From assembly GCA_965224085.1 (NCBI GenBank), contig CBDCYI010000011.1, positions 800,001 through 864,000 of the forward strand: DNA of 64,000 nucleotides, in the 5' to 3' direction. This DNA comes from Candidatus Marinacidobacterales bacterium (GTDB lineage: Bacteria; Acidobacteriota; Vicinamibacteria; Marinacidobacterales; SMYC01). Of this stretch, positions 1 through 11,749 are shown in pieces. The notes below the pieces were generated by a model. That model saw only the letters and a list, made by a program, of their open reading frames with translations. It made no database searches and had not been told where the DNA came from. How positions within the stretch are numbered: position 1 is the first letter of the stretch; every line of letters starts with the position of its first letter. Made by a program: the position numbers and the translations under genes.

Positions 1-1033
1 CCTTTTTTCTCGGCCATTCGTACTCGTCGATGCAGTGTGATACCGGCACCTCGAACAACGAGATCGTCGACGTGAGTGCCGCCATTGCTAAGAGGACAAA
101 AAACGCAGATCCGAAGAGCGCGCCTCCTGGCAAGGTTGCGAATAGCTGCGGCAAGACCGTGAAGATGAGCCCGGGTCCACCTGTACTCGGGTTGAAGCCT
201 TCGATCGAGAAACCCGTGGGAAAGATGATGAATCCCGCCAGGAGGGCAATAGCAGTATCGAGAAGAATGACCCAGAGAGCGGCGACGCCGAGGTTGTCCT
301 CCCGGCGCAAGTAGCTGCCATAAACGATGAGCGCGCCCATGCCGAGGCTCAGAGAGAAGAACGCTTGGCCGAGAGCGGCGGTTAGCACGTTCCCGTCAAA
401 GATCCGGCGGAAATCTGGGCGGAGGTAGTAAGTCAGTCCCTCGGCGGCTCCGGGTAGCGTGAAAGCGCGCACCGCGAGAATCAGAAGGAGTGCAATCAAG
501 AGCGGCATGAGTGTTTTCGTGACGCGCTCGATGCCTGCCCGAACGCCGCCGAGAATGCAGGCCGCGGTGAGGAGAAGGAACCCGAGGGTGAGGCCGATCG
601 TCAAGGGGCCATTACCCGTGAACGCGCCAAAAAAAGCGCCGATCTCGTCCGCGTTCGAGCCGAGCCCGCCTACCGCGGTGAAGTAGATATAGGCCACCGT
701 CCAGCCCGCGATCACCGCATAGAATGACAGGATGCCGACACCGCACATGACGCCGAGAGCACCCACCATCCACCAGCTCGTCTTGGGCGCGAGCGCTTTG
801 AACGCGCCGACGGGACCTTTTTGCGTGCGCCTTCCGAGAATGAGCTCGGAGATGAAGATGGGCGCGCAAACGAAAAAGACGCAGAACAAGTAGACGAGGA
901 CGAAAACCGCGCCGCCATTTTGTCCGACTTTTGTCGGAAAGCCCCAGATGTTGCCGAGCCCGACCGCGCTTCCTGCCGCGGCCAGGATGAACCCGAGCCT
1001 CGACCCCCACATGCCGCGTTCTGGTGATGCCAT
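1..1033 (-). CDS. Sodium-dependent transporter, NSS/SNF family (3' end runs off the window)
   Basis: Manual translation from ATG at 1033: MASPERGMWGSRLGFILAAAGSAVGLGNIWGFP, the NSS TM1 signature; later 'AALGQAFFSLSLGMGALIVYGSYL'. Missing from the ORF track because it has no stop in the window. Confidence 0.93.
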   Translation of the reverse strand, partial: MASPERGMWGSRLGFILAAAGSAVGLGNIWGFPTKVGQNGGAVFVLVYLFCVFFVCAPIFISELILGRRTQKGPVGAFKALAPKTSWWMVGALGVMCGVGILSFYAVIAGWTVAYIYFTAVGGLGSNADEIGAFFGAFTGNGPLTIGLTLGFLLLTAACILGGVRAGIERVTKTLMPLLIALLLILAVRAFTLPGAAEGLTYYLRPDFRRIFDGNVLTAALGQAFFSLSLGMGALIVYGSYLRREDNLGVAALWVILLDTAIALLAGFIIFPTGFSIEGFNPSTGGPGLIFTVLPQLFATLPGGALFGSAFFVLLAMAALTSTISLFEVPVSHCIDEYEWPRKK

Positions 1034-1077
1034 GCGTTATGCCTCCGAGCTCAATGGGATGGGTGAAGGCCCAGCGT

Positions 1078-1890
1078 TCACTGCCCTAGCTTGCTGAGCT
1101 CACCTTTTGGAGTGATGAGAAATATAGCTTTGGCGTGCGCGTCGGCGACGAGCAGATTGCGCTTGGCGTCAACGGCCAGACCTTGGGGGCTAACGAGCGG
1201 GTCTCCCTGCACGAACGGTGTTACGGTTCCGTCAGGCGCGACTTTCCAAATCGCTTTTGCGTAGCCGTCGCTCACGTAAAAGTTGCCGTCGGGATGAAGC
1301 ACAGCGTCGTGCGGGAACTCGAATGGCGGTGAGGTGGTGATCGAGGTCGTGGTGCTGTCCTCGACGCGCACGAGGTTCTTGTCCGTGAGCACGAGGATGG
1401 CGCCCTCTTTATCAAATAAGATGGCGCGCGGCGCTCGAATCTCGGCGACATCCGAAACAGCACCGCCCGACTTCACGCGGCGAAGCCTGTGGGTGACGCG
1501 ATCGACGGCGAGAATGTCTCCGGATTTCTCGATCGCGATCCCCCATGGGGTAACGAAGCGATCGTCGTCGGGGACCGGCTCGATCTTTCCCGCGCCGTCG
1601 ATTTTGTAGAGCTTCATCGTGGCAGGGTCGCTTGCGAGCACGTTACCGTCCCCGTCGGGCGCGATGTGCCGGATTCCGTAGAGTGGGGTCCGCGGAAGGC
1701 CTTTACCCGCGGCCACGTTCTCGAAGCCGTCGTCGCCGAGCACCAGCAGCGCGTGGGCCTCGTGATCGGCGACAAAGATCTTGTCGCCGAGCCCCACGGC
1801 GACATCCACGGGATAGATGAGCTCGTCGGCCGCGCTCGCACCTGAAAGGGTGACTGCCGCGCAAAGCGCTAAGTTAAACTGTTTCAACAT
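1078..1890 (-). CDS. Secreted NHL-repeat/SMP-30-like beta-propeller protein
   Basis: Signal peptide plus repeated PxDVAV/PWGIAI/PQGLAV...vaD blades. Confidence 0.75.
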   Translation of the reverse strand: MLKQFNLALCAAVTLSGASAADELIYPVDVAVGLGDKIFVADHEAHALLVLGDDGFENVAAGKGLPRTPLYGIRHIAPDGDGNVLASDPATMKLYKIDGAGKIEPVPDDDRFVTPWGIAIEKSGDILAVDRVTHRLRRVKSGGAVSDVAEIRAPRAILFDKEGAILVLTDKNLVRVEDSTTTSITTSPPFEFPHDAVLHPDGNFYVSDGYAKAIWKVAPDGTVTPFVQGDPLVSPQGLAVDAKRNLLVADAHAKAIFLITPKGELSKLGQ

Positions 1891-2086
1891 GTTGTCACCA
1901 GCTGCCGCTTCCTCGGGCCTTCAACGTGGCTAGGCGAATCCGGGAGATTCTATGCGCCGGAGGCTCGTAATTCAACGGAATAAATAACTTCGGACGTGCT
2001 GTTCTGTTTTTGTTAGAATCTCGCCTTTGTGCGTGGGGCGGACCGCCCCCCGAATCCTTTTGATTGTGAATCCCAGGAGATAACTC

Positions 2087-4147
<2,061 letters not shown>

Positions 4148-4151
4148 ACTC

Positions 4152-4776
4152 ATGTGGCTCATCGCGTTTGCGTTTCTTGGTGCAGCGATCGCGAACCCGC
4201 AGCCTAGCGAGCCTGCATCCGCCGAGGAGTTTTTTTGCCCGCGGCCAAGCGGCTTTCAGACAAGGCCGCAACGCGGCGGCGCTTGCGGATTTCGATCGCG
4301 TCGTCGAGCTCGCTCCCGAAATCGAGCCTCAACTCTGGCAGCGCGGCATCGCTCAGTACTACGCGGGGGCGTTCGAGGCCTGCGTGCAGCAGTTCGAGCT
4401 CCACCGCACCGTCAACCCCGACGATGTCGAGAACGCTGTCTGGCACTTCCTCTGCATGGCCCGCAAAGACGGTGCAGAGGTGGCGCGAGCGGCGCTCTTG
4501 CCGGTGGGCCCGGACGCCCGCGTTCCGATGCGGCAGATTTACGAGTTCTTCGAAGGTCGGACGGATACGGAGACTGTCCTAGAAGCTGCAACAACGGAAG
4601 GGCCCGCGAGCCGGCGGCAGCTATGGATCTTCTACGCCGAGCTCTATGTCGGCTTATATCTCGAAGCAGTAGGTGATGGGGAGGCCGCGCGGAAGCATCT
4701 CGCCGCTGCGGCGAAAGCGGGCGTAGGCGGCTATATGGGTGACGTGGCTCGTGTCCACGCCACCCTCAGGCAGTAA
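4152..4776 (+). pseudogene. Secreted TPR protein with a +1 frameshift in a T7 run (4230-4236)
   Basis: Signal peptide MWLIAFAFLGAAIA...EEFF is in one frame and the TPR body FFARGQAAFRQG...LWQRGIAQYY in another; removing one T joins them. Confidence 0.75.
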
Positions 4777-4778
4777 GC

Positions 4779-5119
4779 TCAGTTCTCCAGAATCTTGACC
4801 GAGCCGTTCACCGTCTGGATCTCGTAAGAGGCCTCGCCCCCGCTTCCGAAGCTTCCTTTCAAGTGACGCCGGCTCACGCGGTTCACCGTAGTGGGAAAGT
4901 CGGTCGTAATGCTCCCGTTGACGGTCTGGGCGTCGAGCTCGCCTCCGGCGCCTGCGGGAAGATAGATGCGGACGGACTCGTTGGTCGTGTTGAAATGGTG
5001 CCGGCCCTCGGTGGCCGCGTGACTTTGTCGAAATCTTCGCGCACTTTGGCCGAGGCGTCGGGCGCGAGCGTAACGGAGACGCTAACGAGCGCCGCGGTGA
5101 GCCATGTCGAGAACTTCAT
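4779..5119 (-). pseudogene. DUF4097/adhesin-like beta-strand repeat protein, internally deleted
   Basis: Signal peptide MKFSTWLTAALV...REDFDKV is joined out of frame to a C-terminus ...ELDAQTVNGSITTDFP...YEIQTVNGSVKILEN*. Confidence 0.7.
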
Positions 5120-5176
5120 GCAAGATCCCTCCAAATCCTATTCTGTCATCTTAGACGGAGCGGCGTGGCGGAAGGT

Positions 5177-6151
5177 TCACAGCGAATGCGAGAGGCTTTC
5201 GTCGGCCAGAATGGCCTCTAGCTTAACCGCATCGATGCTGCCCCCGGTGACGAGACAGACGGCCCTCCCGCGCTCGGCGGGGTTCTCGGCGAGGGCCGCG
5301 GCGAGCGCGAGCGCCCCCGAGCCCTCGACGACCAGCTTGTTGTCGAGAGCGAGCGCGCGGATGACGGCCTTGACACGCTCCTCGGAGACGAGGCGCGTCG
5401 CGTCGACGAGAGCATGGAGCCGTGGGAACATCTCGTCCGTCATGTACGGCACCGCGACCCCGTCGCAGAGGGTTTGGCACGAAACTTCGACGGGACGACC
5501 GGCTTTCAGGCTTTCGTGGAGAGCGGGGCAGCCTTCCGGCTCGACCGCGAAGATGCGCAGCTCGGGGTTCCGCGCTTTGAGCGCGGCTCCGACGCCCGTG
5601 AGAAGCCCCCCGCCGCCGACTGGAATGAAAACGGTGTCCACGCCGGGAAGGTCTTCGAGGATCTCGAGGCCGAGACTGCCATGACCGGTCATGACATCCG
5701 TATTCGTCCAAGGATGGATGAACGCGTAAGGCTCGGACTCCCACCCATGCTCTTTGAGAAAGCGAAAGACCTCGGCGACGGGGACGAGCACGGGTTCGCC
5801 GCCGTAGGCGCGGACCGCGTCGATTTTGGTTTTAGGCGCGGTATCAGGCATCAAGCTTCGCGACGGGACGCCGAAGCGCGTCGCCACCCACGCCAGCGCT
5901 TGCGCGGTATTGCCCGCGCTCACGGTGCTCACACCTTTCGCGCGCTCCGCATCGGATAGAATGGAGACGGCGTTTTGGATCCCGCGAATCTTGAACGAGC
6001 CGACCGACTGAAAAGTCTCGAGCTTCAAGAAGACGTCTGGCGCGGCGAAGCGCTCGTGCGCGGGCACGAGCGGCGTGTGGCGCACGACGCCCGAGATGCG
6101 CGTACGGGCCTCCTGGAACGCCTCCAGAGAGGGAAGGGAGAGCTCGCCCAT
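5177..6151 (-). CDS. PLP-dependent threonine/serine dehydratase family protein
   Basis: LKLETFQSVGSFKIRG, SAGNTAQ, PVGGGGL and VTGGSID motifs; no ACT domain. Confidence 0.88.
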   Translation of the reverse strand: MGELSLPSLEAFQEARTRISGVVRHTPLVPAHERFAAPDVFLKLETFQSVGSFKIRGIQNAVSILSDAERAKGVSTVSAGNTAQALAWVATRFGVPSRSLMPDTAPKTKIDAVRAYGGEPVLVPVAEVFRFLKEHGWESEPYAFIHPWTNTDVMTGHGSLGLEILEDLPGVDTVFIPVGGGGLLTGVGAALKARNPELRIFAVEPEGCPALHESLKAGRPVEVSCQTLCDGVAVPYMTDEMFPRLHALVDATRLVSEERVKAVIRALALDNKLVVEGSGALALAAALAENPAERGRAVCLVTGGSIDAVKLEAILADESLSHSL

Positions 6152-6240
6152 GAAAGACGATTCTAACTGATGCGTCGGTGCGCGTCTTTCGTCCAAGTTC
6201 GGCTTCAACTGGCATTACAATGACGCGGTCGAGGAGACCC

Positions 6241-7449
6241 ATGAATCGTCGCGATTTCTTTAAGTTGGGAGCGGCCGCCGGCGCAGGCGCGGTTCTCAAT
6301 ATGCGCAATGCGGCCGGAAGTCCCATTGTCGAGGTGGGCGCGGGCATTCCCCAGGGGGCGATGACACTGCCGGAGAATCCGGGGTTCAAGGCCAAGCACC
6401 TGATCAACATTATTTATGGAAACGGGGTTCGCAAGCTCGACGTCATCGACAACCCCGAAAACGCGCCCTATCAGTCCAAGATGATCCGTGAGGGCACCCT
6501 CTTCACCGAGGATTACGGCGAGACGGCGAACCTTCACGGCTACATGTATACAGAGGTTCTTACCGGACGCGACGCGCCGTCTCAGAGGCCCCTTTATCCA
6601 ACATGGAACGAGTATGTTCGGAAAAAGAGCGCCGGCAAGGCGACCGATTATTGGATGCTGCAAGGTGTTTCCTATTCCCGCGCCTGGACCTGGGATGTAA
6701 AGCATTTCAGCAGCCATCCCGAATACGGCGTCCGCTATGGGGCCACCGGCGTCACGATGAACAAGATGTTCCATCCGGAGAACAAGCGCTCGCCCGCGGA
6801 GATGATGGATCTTCAAATCGAGAAGGATCTCGGGCACAGCCCGGCCGAGCGCAATCGGGTCGAGGAGTGGATCGCGGACGTCATGGCGTCGAAGCGATAC
6901 GAGCTTCCTTCGACGAAAGAGCCTGTCATTGAGCGGGAGCTTCAAATCGGCGACGCAACATCGCTCCACCTGGCAGGGCGGGTCATGAAAGATTTCAAGC
7001 CGCGTGTTCTCACCATTCAGCTGCTCGCAATGGACGACGCCCATGCGGATTACGACGGGTACGTCAAGCACATCAAAACGACGGACGAGCTCATTGGAAA
7101 GCTCTGGGCCGATATCCAAGCCGACTCCTATTTCCGGGAGAACACGTCCCTCATCGTACGCCCCGAGTGCGGTCGTGACGACGAGGTCAATATCTACGGC
7201 CAGCTCGGCCACAGCTTGGGCAACTACCACGCCCACTATGTCTGGATGATGGCCCTAGGTCCCGACTTCAAGAGGGAGCACGTCGTCAAAGAGCGCGTGC
7301 AGCGGCGCGATCTCGTGCCCACCATCACCTACTTGATGGCTGGCGAGAACGCGGAATACTCCAACGGGCACGTGCGGACGCAGCTCTTCAAGGACCGGTA
7401 CCGCATGCCCCAATATGTGCGCCCGTATACTGCCGAGGTGCCGGGGTGA
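6241..7449 (+). CDS. Tat-exported protein, probable alkaline-phosphatase/sulfatase-superfamily fold
   Basis: MNRRDFFK twin-arginine signal; DDAH, 'D.LIG.LW..IQ...Y..NT.LIV.PE.GRD' and 'DLVPTI' patterns. Confidence 0.6.
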   Translation: MNRRDFFKLGAAAGAGAVLNMRNAAGSPIVEVGAGIPQGAMTLPENPGFKAKHLINIIYGNGVRKLDVIDNPENAPYQSKMIREGTLFTEDYGETANLHGYMYTEVLTGRDAPSQRPLYPTWNEYVRKKSAGKATDYWMLQGVSYSRAWTWDVKHFSSHPEYGVRYGATGVTMNKMFHPENKRSPAEMMDLQIEKDLGHSPAERNRVEEWIADVMASKRYELPSTKEPVIERELQIGDATSLHLAGRVMKDFKPRVLTIQLLAMDDAHADYDGYVKHIKTTDELIGKLWADIQADSYFRENTSLIVRPECGRDDEVNIYGQLGHSLGNYHAHYVWMMALGPDFKREHVVKERVQRRDLVPTITYLMAGENAEYSNGHVRTQLFKDRYRMPQYVRPYTAEVPG

Positions 7450-7500
7450 AGGAGACGCCCGCGGTAGATTCAAGATAGAAACGGATCGTTCTGCAGGCCG

Positions 7501-7674
7501 TCTGTTACGAACGCCTTGCGCGACCGGCTGGCCTGCCTGAAACGGGAGCGCTCCGAGCGGCGTTTGGCCGACGAACTCGACAAGATCGCACAGCATTGTG
7601 CGTCTTTACCAGTGCTCGATGAGAGGAGCCCAGAGGAGATCCTCGCGTACGACGAGAATGGCTTGCCGCGGTAG
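7501..7674 (+). pseudogene. vapB: VapB-family antitoxin, C-terminal part only
   Basis: Manual translation SVTNALRDRL...LADELDKIAQHCASLPVLDERSPEEILAYDENGLPR*; its stop overlaps the vapC start. Confidence 0.75.
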
Positions 7675-8045
7675 TGGTCATCGACACTTCAGCAGTGCTG
7701 GCTATTCTGCTAAATGAGCCTGAACGCCGCGGGTTCAACGAAGCCGTCGAGGCCGCTGAGTCCATTGGCCTATCCGCCGCCTTCGTTGAGACTTCGATCG
7801 TCGTTGAAGCGCGATTCGGGTCCGATGGTCTTCGAGGTCTCATGACAACCAAGGACGGCGCAGTCATCAACCTCGTCGGAAGTGGCGTCGGTAGTGCCGT
7901 TGGCGACGGCTTCGAGTACCGTGGGGCGATCTATTTCCATACGTCGGCAGAGAAGTACTCGCATCTGAATACGATTGCGGGCGTGATGGAGTACGGCGTC
8001 GATGGCGACGGCAATACCGTCACCAAGGTCTGGGAGTGGAAGTAG
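7674..8045 (+). pseudogene. vapC: Chimeric ORF: VapC PIN toxin N-half fused to a DUF3237-like C-half
   Basis: MVIDTSAVLAILLNEPER...VETSIVVEARFG (PIN) followed by TKDGAVI...FHTSAEKYSHLNTIAGV...VWEWK; the C-terminal PIN catalytic Asps are absent. Confidence 0.7.
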
Positions 8046-8166
8046 CGTCAGCCTAATCCCAAACACGACACGAGATTCTGCTCGCTCGTCGCCGTTGTCT
8101 ATTGACGGCATGACCGAGGTGTCAACACTCGAGGAGCACGCGGCCACCCCGCCAAGGTGAAAGAGT

Positions 8167-8700
8167 TCAACCGGTTAGCTCCGAACGGAGTTTTTCGCGC
8201 TCGTTGTCCGATAGAGTCGGCGCAAAGTGCTCGAGCCGTGGGAAAACGTCGGACGTACCGAAATACTCTTTCGCGCAGCCGGCGTGAATGGAGCCCGCTG
8301 GCGAGAATCGACCTTCGACGTCATCGTAGAACACGGTAGAAATGCGCCAGGCGCCTTTGTTAATCGGCTCGCGGCAGCTCTTACAAGTAGACCGACCGGT
8401 GGGCGCGCGCTCCGCCCCGCTCAGACGCGGAAGCCGTCGATGCTCGAGGCCGTACCTGGCCGCTCGGTCGAGGTGCGCTCGATTGACGATCTCTTCCTTC
8501 GTGTCGCTCGCGGCTTCGAGAAACTCAGCGGGGCGCTTGTAGGCCCCGCAGAGAAGATGAAACCACAGCGTCAGCTCTTTCTCTTCATCGAACGGATTGG
8601 GGAGCCGCGCCCCGAGACGCAGCTCTCCTTTCGCGATAGCGTGGCCGCAGCCACGGCACTTCGCCCGGCCGCTGGCGGCTGGCTCGATCGTGTGTGCCAC
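8167..8700 (-). CDS. Stand-alone tandem PARP-type zinc finger protein
   Basis: Two copies of E.A.SGR..CxxC...I.KG..R...HxxC (CRGC...HLLC and CKSC...HAGC); GTG start at 8700. Confidence 0.82.
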   Translation of the reverse strand: MAHTIEPAASGRAKCRGCGHAIAKGELRLGARLPNPFDEEKELTLWFHLLCGAYKRPAEFLEAASDTKEEIVNRAHLDRAARYGLEHRRLPRLSGAERAPTGRSTCKSCREPINKGAWRISTVFYDDVEGRFSPAGSIHAGCAKEYFGTSDVFPRLEHFAPTLSDNEREKLRSELTG

Positions 8701-8865
8701 GGTGCAAGTGTACCTGGGCGGAATGCCTTCGGCCACAAGGATAGCGGAGCGCTGGACTCGACCGGTGCTCGAACCCCCTCTCACGTAGATCTCACACAAC
8801 ACTCATCTCGGTGTTAGCACCCGAAGGCCACAACGCATTAGTCTGGATATGCCGGGGAGGGTCCA

Positions 8866-9195
8866 ATGGGAGACGACAGAACGATGGCGCTTGGAGGAAC
8901 GATTTCCGGGAACTCGCTGGAGCGGTGGAAGACGGACGCGCCTTCACCGGCATCTCCTCCCGATCTCGCTTGGTGGTTCGGCTATTTCAAGAACAACGCC
9001 GCGGAGCCGAAAGATATTCCATGGGAGGCCGTCCAGCCGCTCGCCGCGGAGGAGAAAGAAGCGATAGCGGCCTCCATCGCGGCTTTTCAGCTCGGCGAAT
9101 ATTCCGAAGGCCGAAACTTGATAAGGGTGGCCCGTGAATGCGCTGCGCGGCTAGAGGAGCCTGACTTGGTCGAGATTACCGAGCTCTTCGTCAAG
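8866..9195 (+). pseudogene. Ferritin-like domain protein, N-terminal fragment
   Basis: W..YF..N...IPW...AIAASIAAFQLGEYSEG...ITELFV, then the similarity stops just before the expected EExxH motif. Confidence 0.55.
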
Positions 9196-9490
9196 AACCG
9201 GGGGCGTTCGAACGGCCTCGCTGGCGAGCTCTGGAAGGACGAGCTATTGAAGAACACGCTGATGGTACATAGCGCGAGGATGGGTCCAAAAACATCTGCT
9301 TTTTTTCTTGACAGCCTTTTTGGAGCACCTTGCACGAACTTTCAAAGGCGATCGAGGATGCCCGTGTGACACATTGTCATCGCGTATAGAGACCAGAACT
9401 CTGCCAAAAGATTTTCAACGTCGCCTCGGCGCGCGTTCGTCGACTGTGCGCGACCCCATGAGGTCCAAAAAGTCCGTGCTCTAAAGAAAC

Positions 9491-9831
9491 ATGGCAGATA
9501 AATTCAAGCTCGATTCGATTTCAGATGAGCTTCTACTTCGACAGCTGTCGGAGATATTGAAAGGGTCGCGGCGCGTCGCGGTCGAGCTCGTCGCACACAT
9601 TGGCGAAGTGGATCGGCGGCGGCTATTTGCAAACCTCGCTTCCCGAGGAGACGTGGAGATGATCGAATACCTCGTATCCGAAGGCGCTGATGTGACGCTG
9701 CTGAATCGGGAAGGGCAAAGCACTGCCGACATGGCGAATGGACCGATGCAGCGCATTCAACCGTTTCCCGAGGCTCGGATCTGCTCGTACGCTTGGGCGC
9801 GGTGAACCACGACCAATGCGTTTCCTGCTGA
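9491..9831 (+). pseudogene. Chimeric shard: HNH/DUF222-like N-terminus joined to an ankyrin-protein C-terminus (frameshifted)
   Basis: SDELLLRQL...ELVAHIGEVDRRRLFA followed by ASRGDVEMIEYLVSEGADV...GQSTADMANGP and, after a shift, DLLVRLGAVNHDQCVSC*. Confidence 0.6.
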
Positions 9832-9927
9832 GAAAGCCGAAGCAGTCGCGCCGCGCCTCGTCGCATCTGATACGCGAACGGTCTATGTTGCGAGCCTGTC
9901 CGCGGGGGGGTAGAGTGACCGTTCTCG

Positions 9928-11064
9928 ATGCGCGTTACTTTCTATGACCCCCGGCGCGAGTATCTCGAGCTGAAGGAAGGGATCGACCGCGCGATCCGGG
10001 GCGTGCTCGAGAGCGGCGTCTATACCGCAGGTGCTCACGTCGAAGGCTTCGAGGAGGAGCTTGCCGCTTTTTTCCGCACGTCGTTCGTTATTGGTGTTGG
10101 CTCGGGGACCGCAGCTCTCGAGCTCGCGTTCGTCGCCTCCGGTCTCGGAGCCGGCGACGAAGTCGTGACGGCGCCCAACACGGATATCTCGACGACGGCC
10201 GCCATTACCCGATGCGGCGCCCGCGTTGTCTTCGCCGATGTCGAGCCGGACACACTCGTGCTGGATGCGCACGAAATTGAGGCGGCGCTGACTCGCAGAA
10301 CCAAAGCCATTGTTCCTGTGCACTTGTTCGGCCAGCTTGTTGATATGGATGCGATTCAAGGGATCGCCCGGGAACGGAACCTCCTCGTCATCGAGGACGC
10401 CGCTCTCGCGCTCGGGGGTGACTATCGGGGCAAGATGGCGGGCACGATGGGCGACGCCGGCTGCTTCAGCATGAACTCCCGCAAGAGTCTGAGCGCATTC
10501 GGGAATGCTGGCGTCGTCGTCACGCGCCGCGACGAGATGGCCACGACGATTCGCAGCCTTCGCGACTACGGGAAAAAGCGATCGGCGCCACGGGCGTCGA
10601 TGCTGGAGGCGGTCGAGTTCGTATTCGAAGGATTCAACGCCAGGCTCGACGAGCTCCAGGCCGCGGTCTTGCGCGTGAAACTGGCGACGATCGGCGACCG
10701 TCTCATGAGGCGCCGCACGATCGCCGCGCGCTACGACGCCGCATTCGAGTCGCTACCCCTGAAGGTTCCCCCATCCACGAGCGACAGCCAGCATGCTTAT
10801 CGTGCCTACACGATACTACTCGGCTCTCGCGAAGCTCGGGATGGGCTCGCCAATAATCTATTCGACCGATCGATCGATACGGCGATCTACTACGCGCCGC
10901 CACTGCATCTTCAGCCAGCCTATCGCTATCTCGGCCATCGTCCCGGGGATTTTCCCGTCGCCGAGAAAGCAGCCGAGACGATGCTCAGCATTCCCATTCA
11001 CCCGACGCTCTCCGATGATCAGGTCTCCTACGTCATCGAAGCGGTAGAGGACTGGTTTCACTGA
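9928..11064 (+). CDS. DegT/DnrJ/EryC1/StrS family aminotransferase
   Basis: GSGTAAL, IVPVHLFG, IEDAA, FS...KSLSAFG and N.RLDELQAA motifs. Confidence 0.93.
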   Translation: MRVTFYDPRREYLELKEGIDRAIRGVLESGVYTAGAHVEGFEEELAAFFRTSFVIGVGSGTAALELAFVASGLGAGDEVVTAPNTDISTTAAITRCGARVVFADVEPDTLVLDAHEIEAALTRRTKAIVPVHLFGQLVDMDAIQGIARERNLLVIEDAALALGGDYRGKMAGTMGDAGCFSMNSRKSLSAFGNAGVVVTRRDEMATTIRSLRDYGKKRSAPRASMLEAVEFVFEGFNARLDELQAAVLRVKLATIGDRLMRRRTIAARYDAAFESLPLKVPPSTSDSQHAYRAYTILLGSREARDGLANNLFDRSIDTAIYYAPPLHLQPAYRYLGHRPGDFPVAEKAAETMLSIPIHPTLSDDQVSYVIEAVEDWFH

Positions 11065-11180
11065 TCCGGTCGCCGTCACAAACATTATCGTCATCGTGAC
11101 CCTCGCATCCGGCCATCGGGATGGTTGACGCGCTCGCGCTGACGGCTATGGCGCAGTCTGCAGATGAGACTAGAGAAGTC

Positions 11181-11291
11181 TATAGCGCGGAGCTCGTCGC
11201 GATCTTTCTCATGCGCACGGCGATCTTGATCCCTGTGGTAGCACTCCTGACGCACCTTCTCGAGCGCGCCGGTATGCTGGCGGGTTCCTAG
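11181..11291 (+). pseudogene. C-terminal shard of a YjiH-like membrane protein
   Basis: Manual translation ELVAIFLMRTAILIPVVALLTHLL...*, resembling the YjiH terminal IFxxRTxIxxP helix; no start. Confidence 0.4.
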
Positions 11292-11295
11292 CGCT

Positions 11296-11664
11296 CTAAC
11301 GCAAGTCGCGTCCGAACGGGAGGAGGGCGAGCGGGATGAGCTTGAGGTGTTGGAGGGCGAAGGGTATGCCGATGATGCTGATAGCGAGAACGAGCGCCGA
11401 GCCGGCGTGGGCGAGAGCAATCTCCCAGCCAAAGAAAACGAGCCAGATCACGTTTAGAACGAGCCGGGTGACGCTATTGGCGTTTTCGAGCTCCACGATC
11501 TCTTTTCCGAATGGTGTAAACGTGGCGACGCCGATTTTCATCGTTTGGACCCCGAACGGGATCCCGATGATGGTCAAGCAGAACAAGAGGCCCCCGATGA
11601 TGTAGCCGACCCCTGCAATCAAGCCACCGAAGATTAGCCATATGATGTTACCGAGTAGACTCAT
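11296..11664 (-). CDS. yccF: YccF domain inner membrane protein
   Basis: Duplicated N.IWL.FGG...IIGIPF...K......PFG motif. Confidence 0.92.
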   Translation of the reverse strand: MSLLGNIIWLIFGGLIAGVGYIIGGLLFCLTIIGIPFGVQTMKIGVATFTPFGKEIVELENANSVTRLVLNVIWLVFFGWEIALAHAGSALVLAISIIGIPFALQHLKLIPLALLPFGRDLR

Positions 11665-11749
11665 TTCGTGTCCCGTATAGTACTACTGCCGAGGCGGTCT
11701 CGAGGTTCACATTTTTGCCGCGTGGCACTTCCGTGCTAGCGTCGCGGCA

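Noticed and set aside
2029-2065. GC hairpin upstream of hppA as a riboswitch
   Set aside because: Only a 6-bp stem with no recognisable aptamer.
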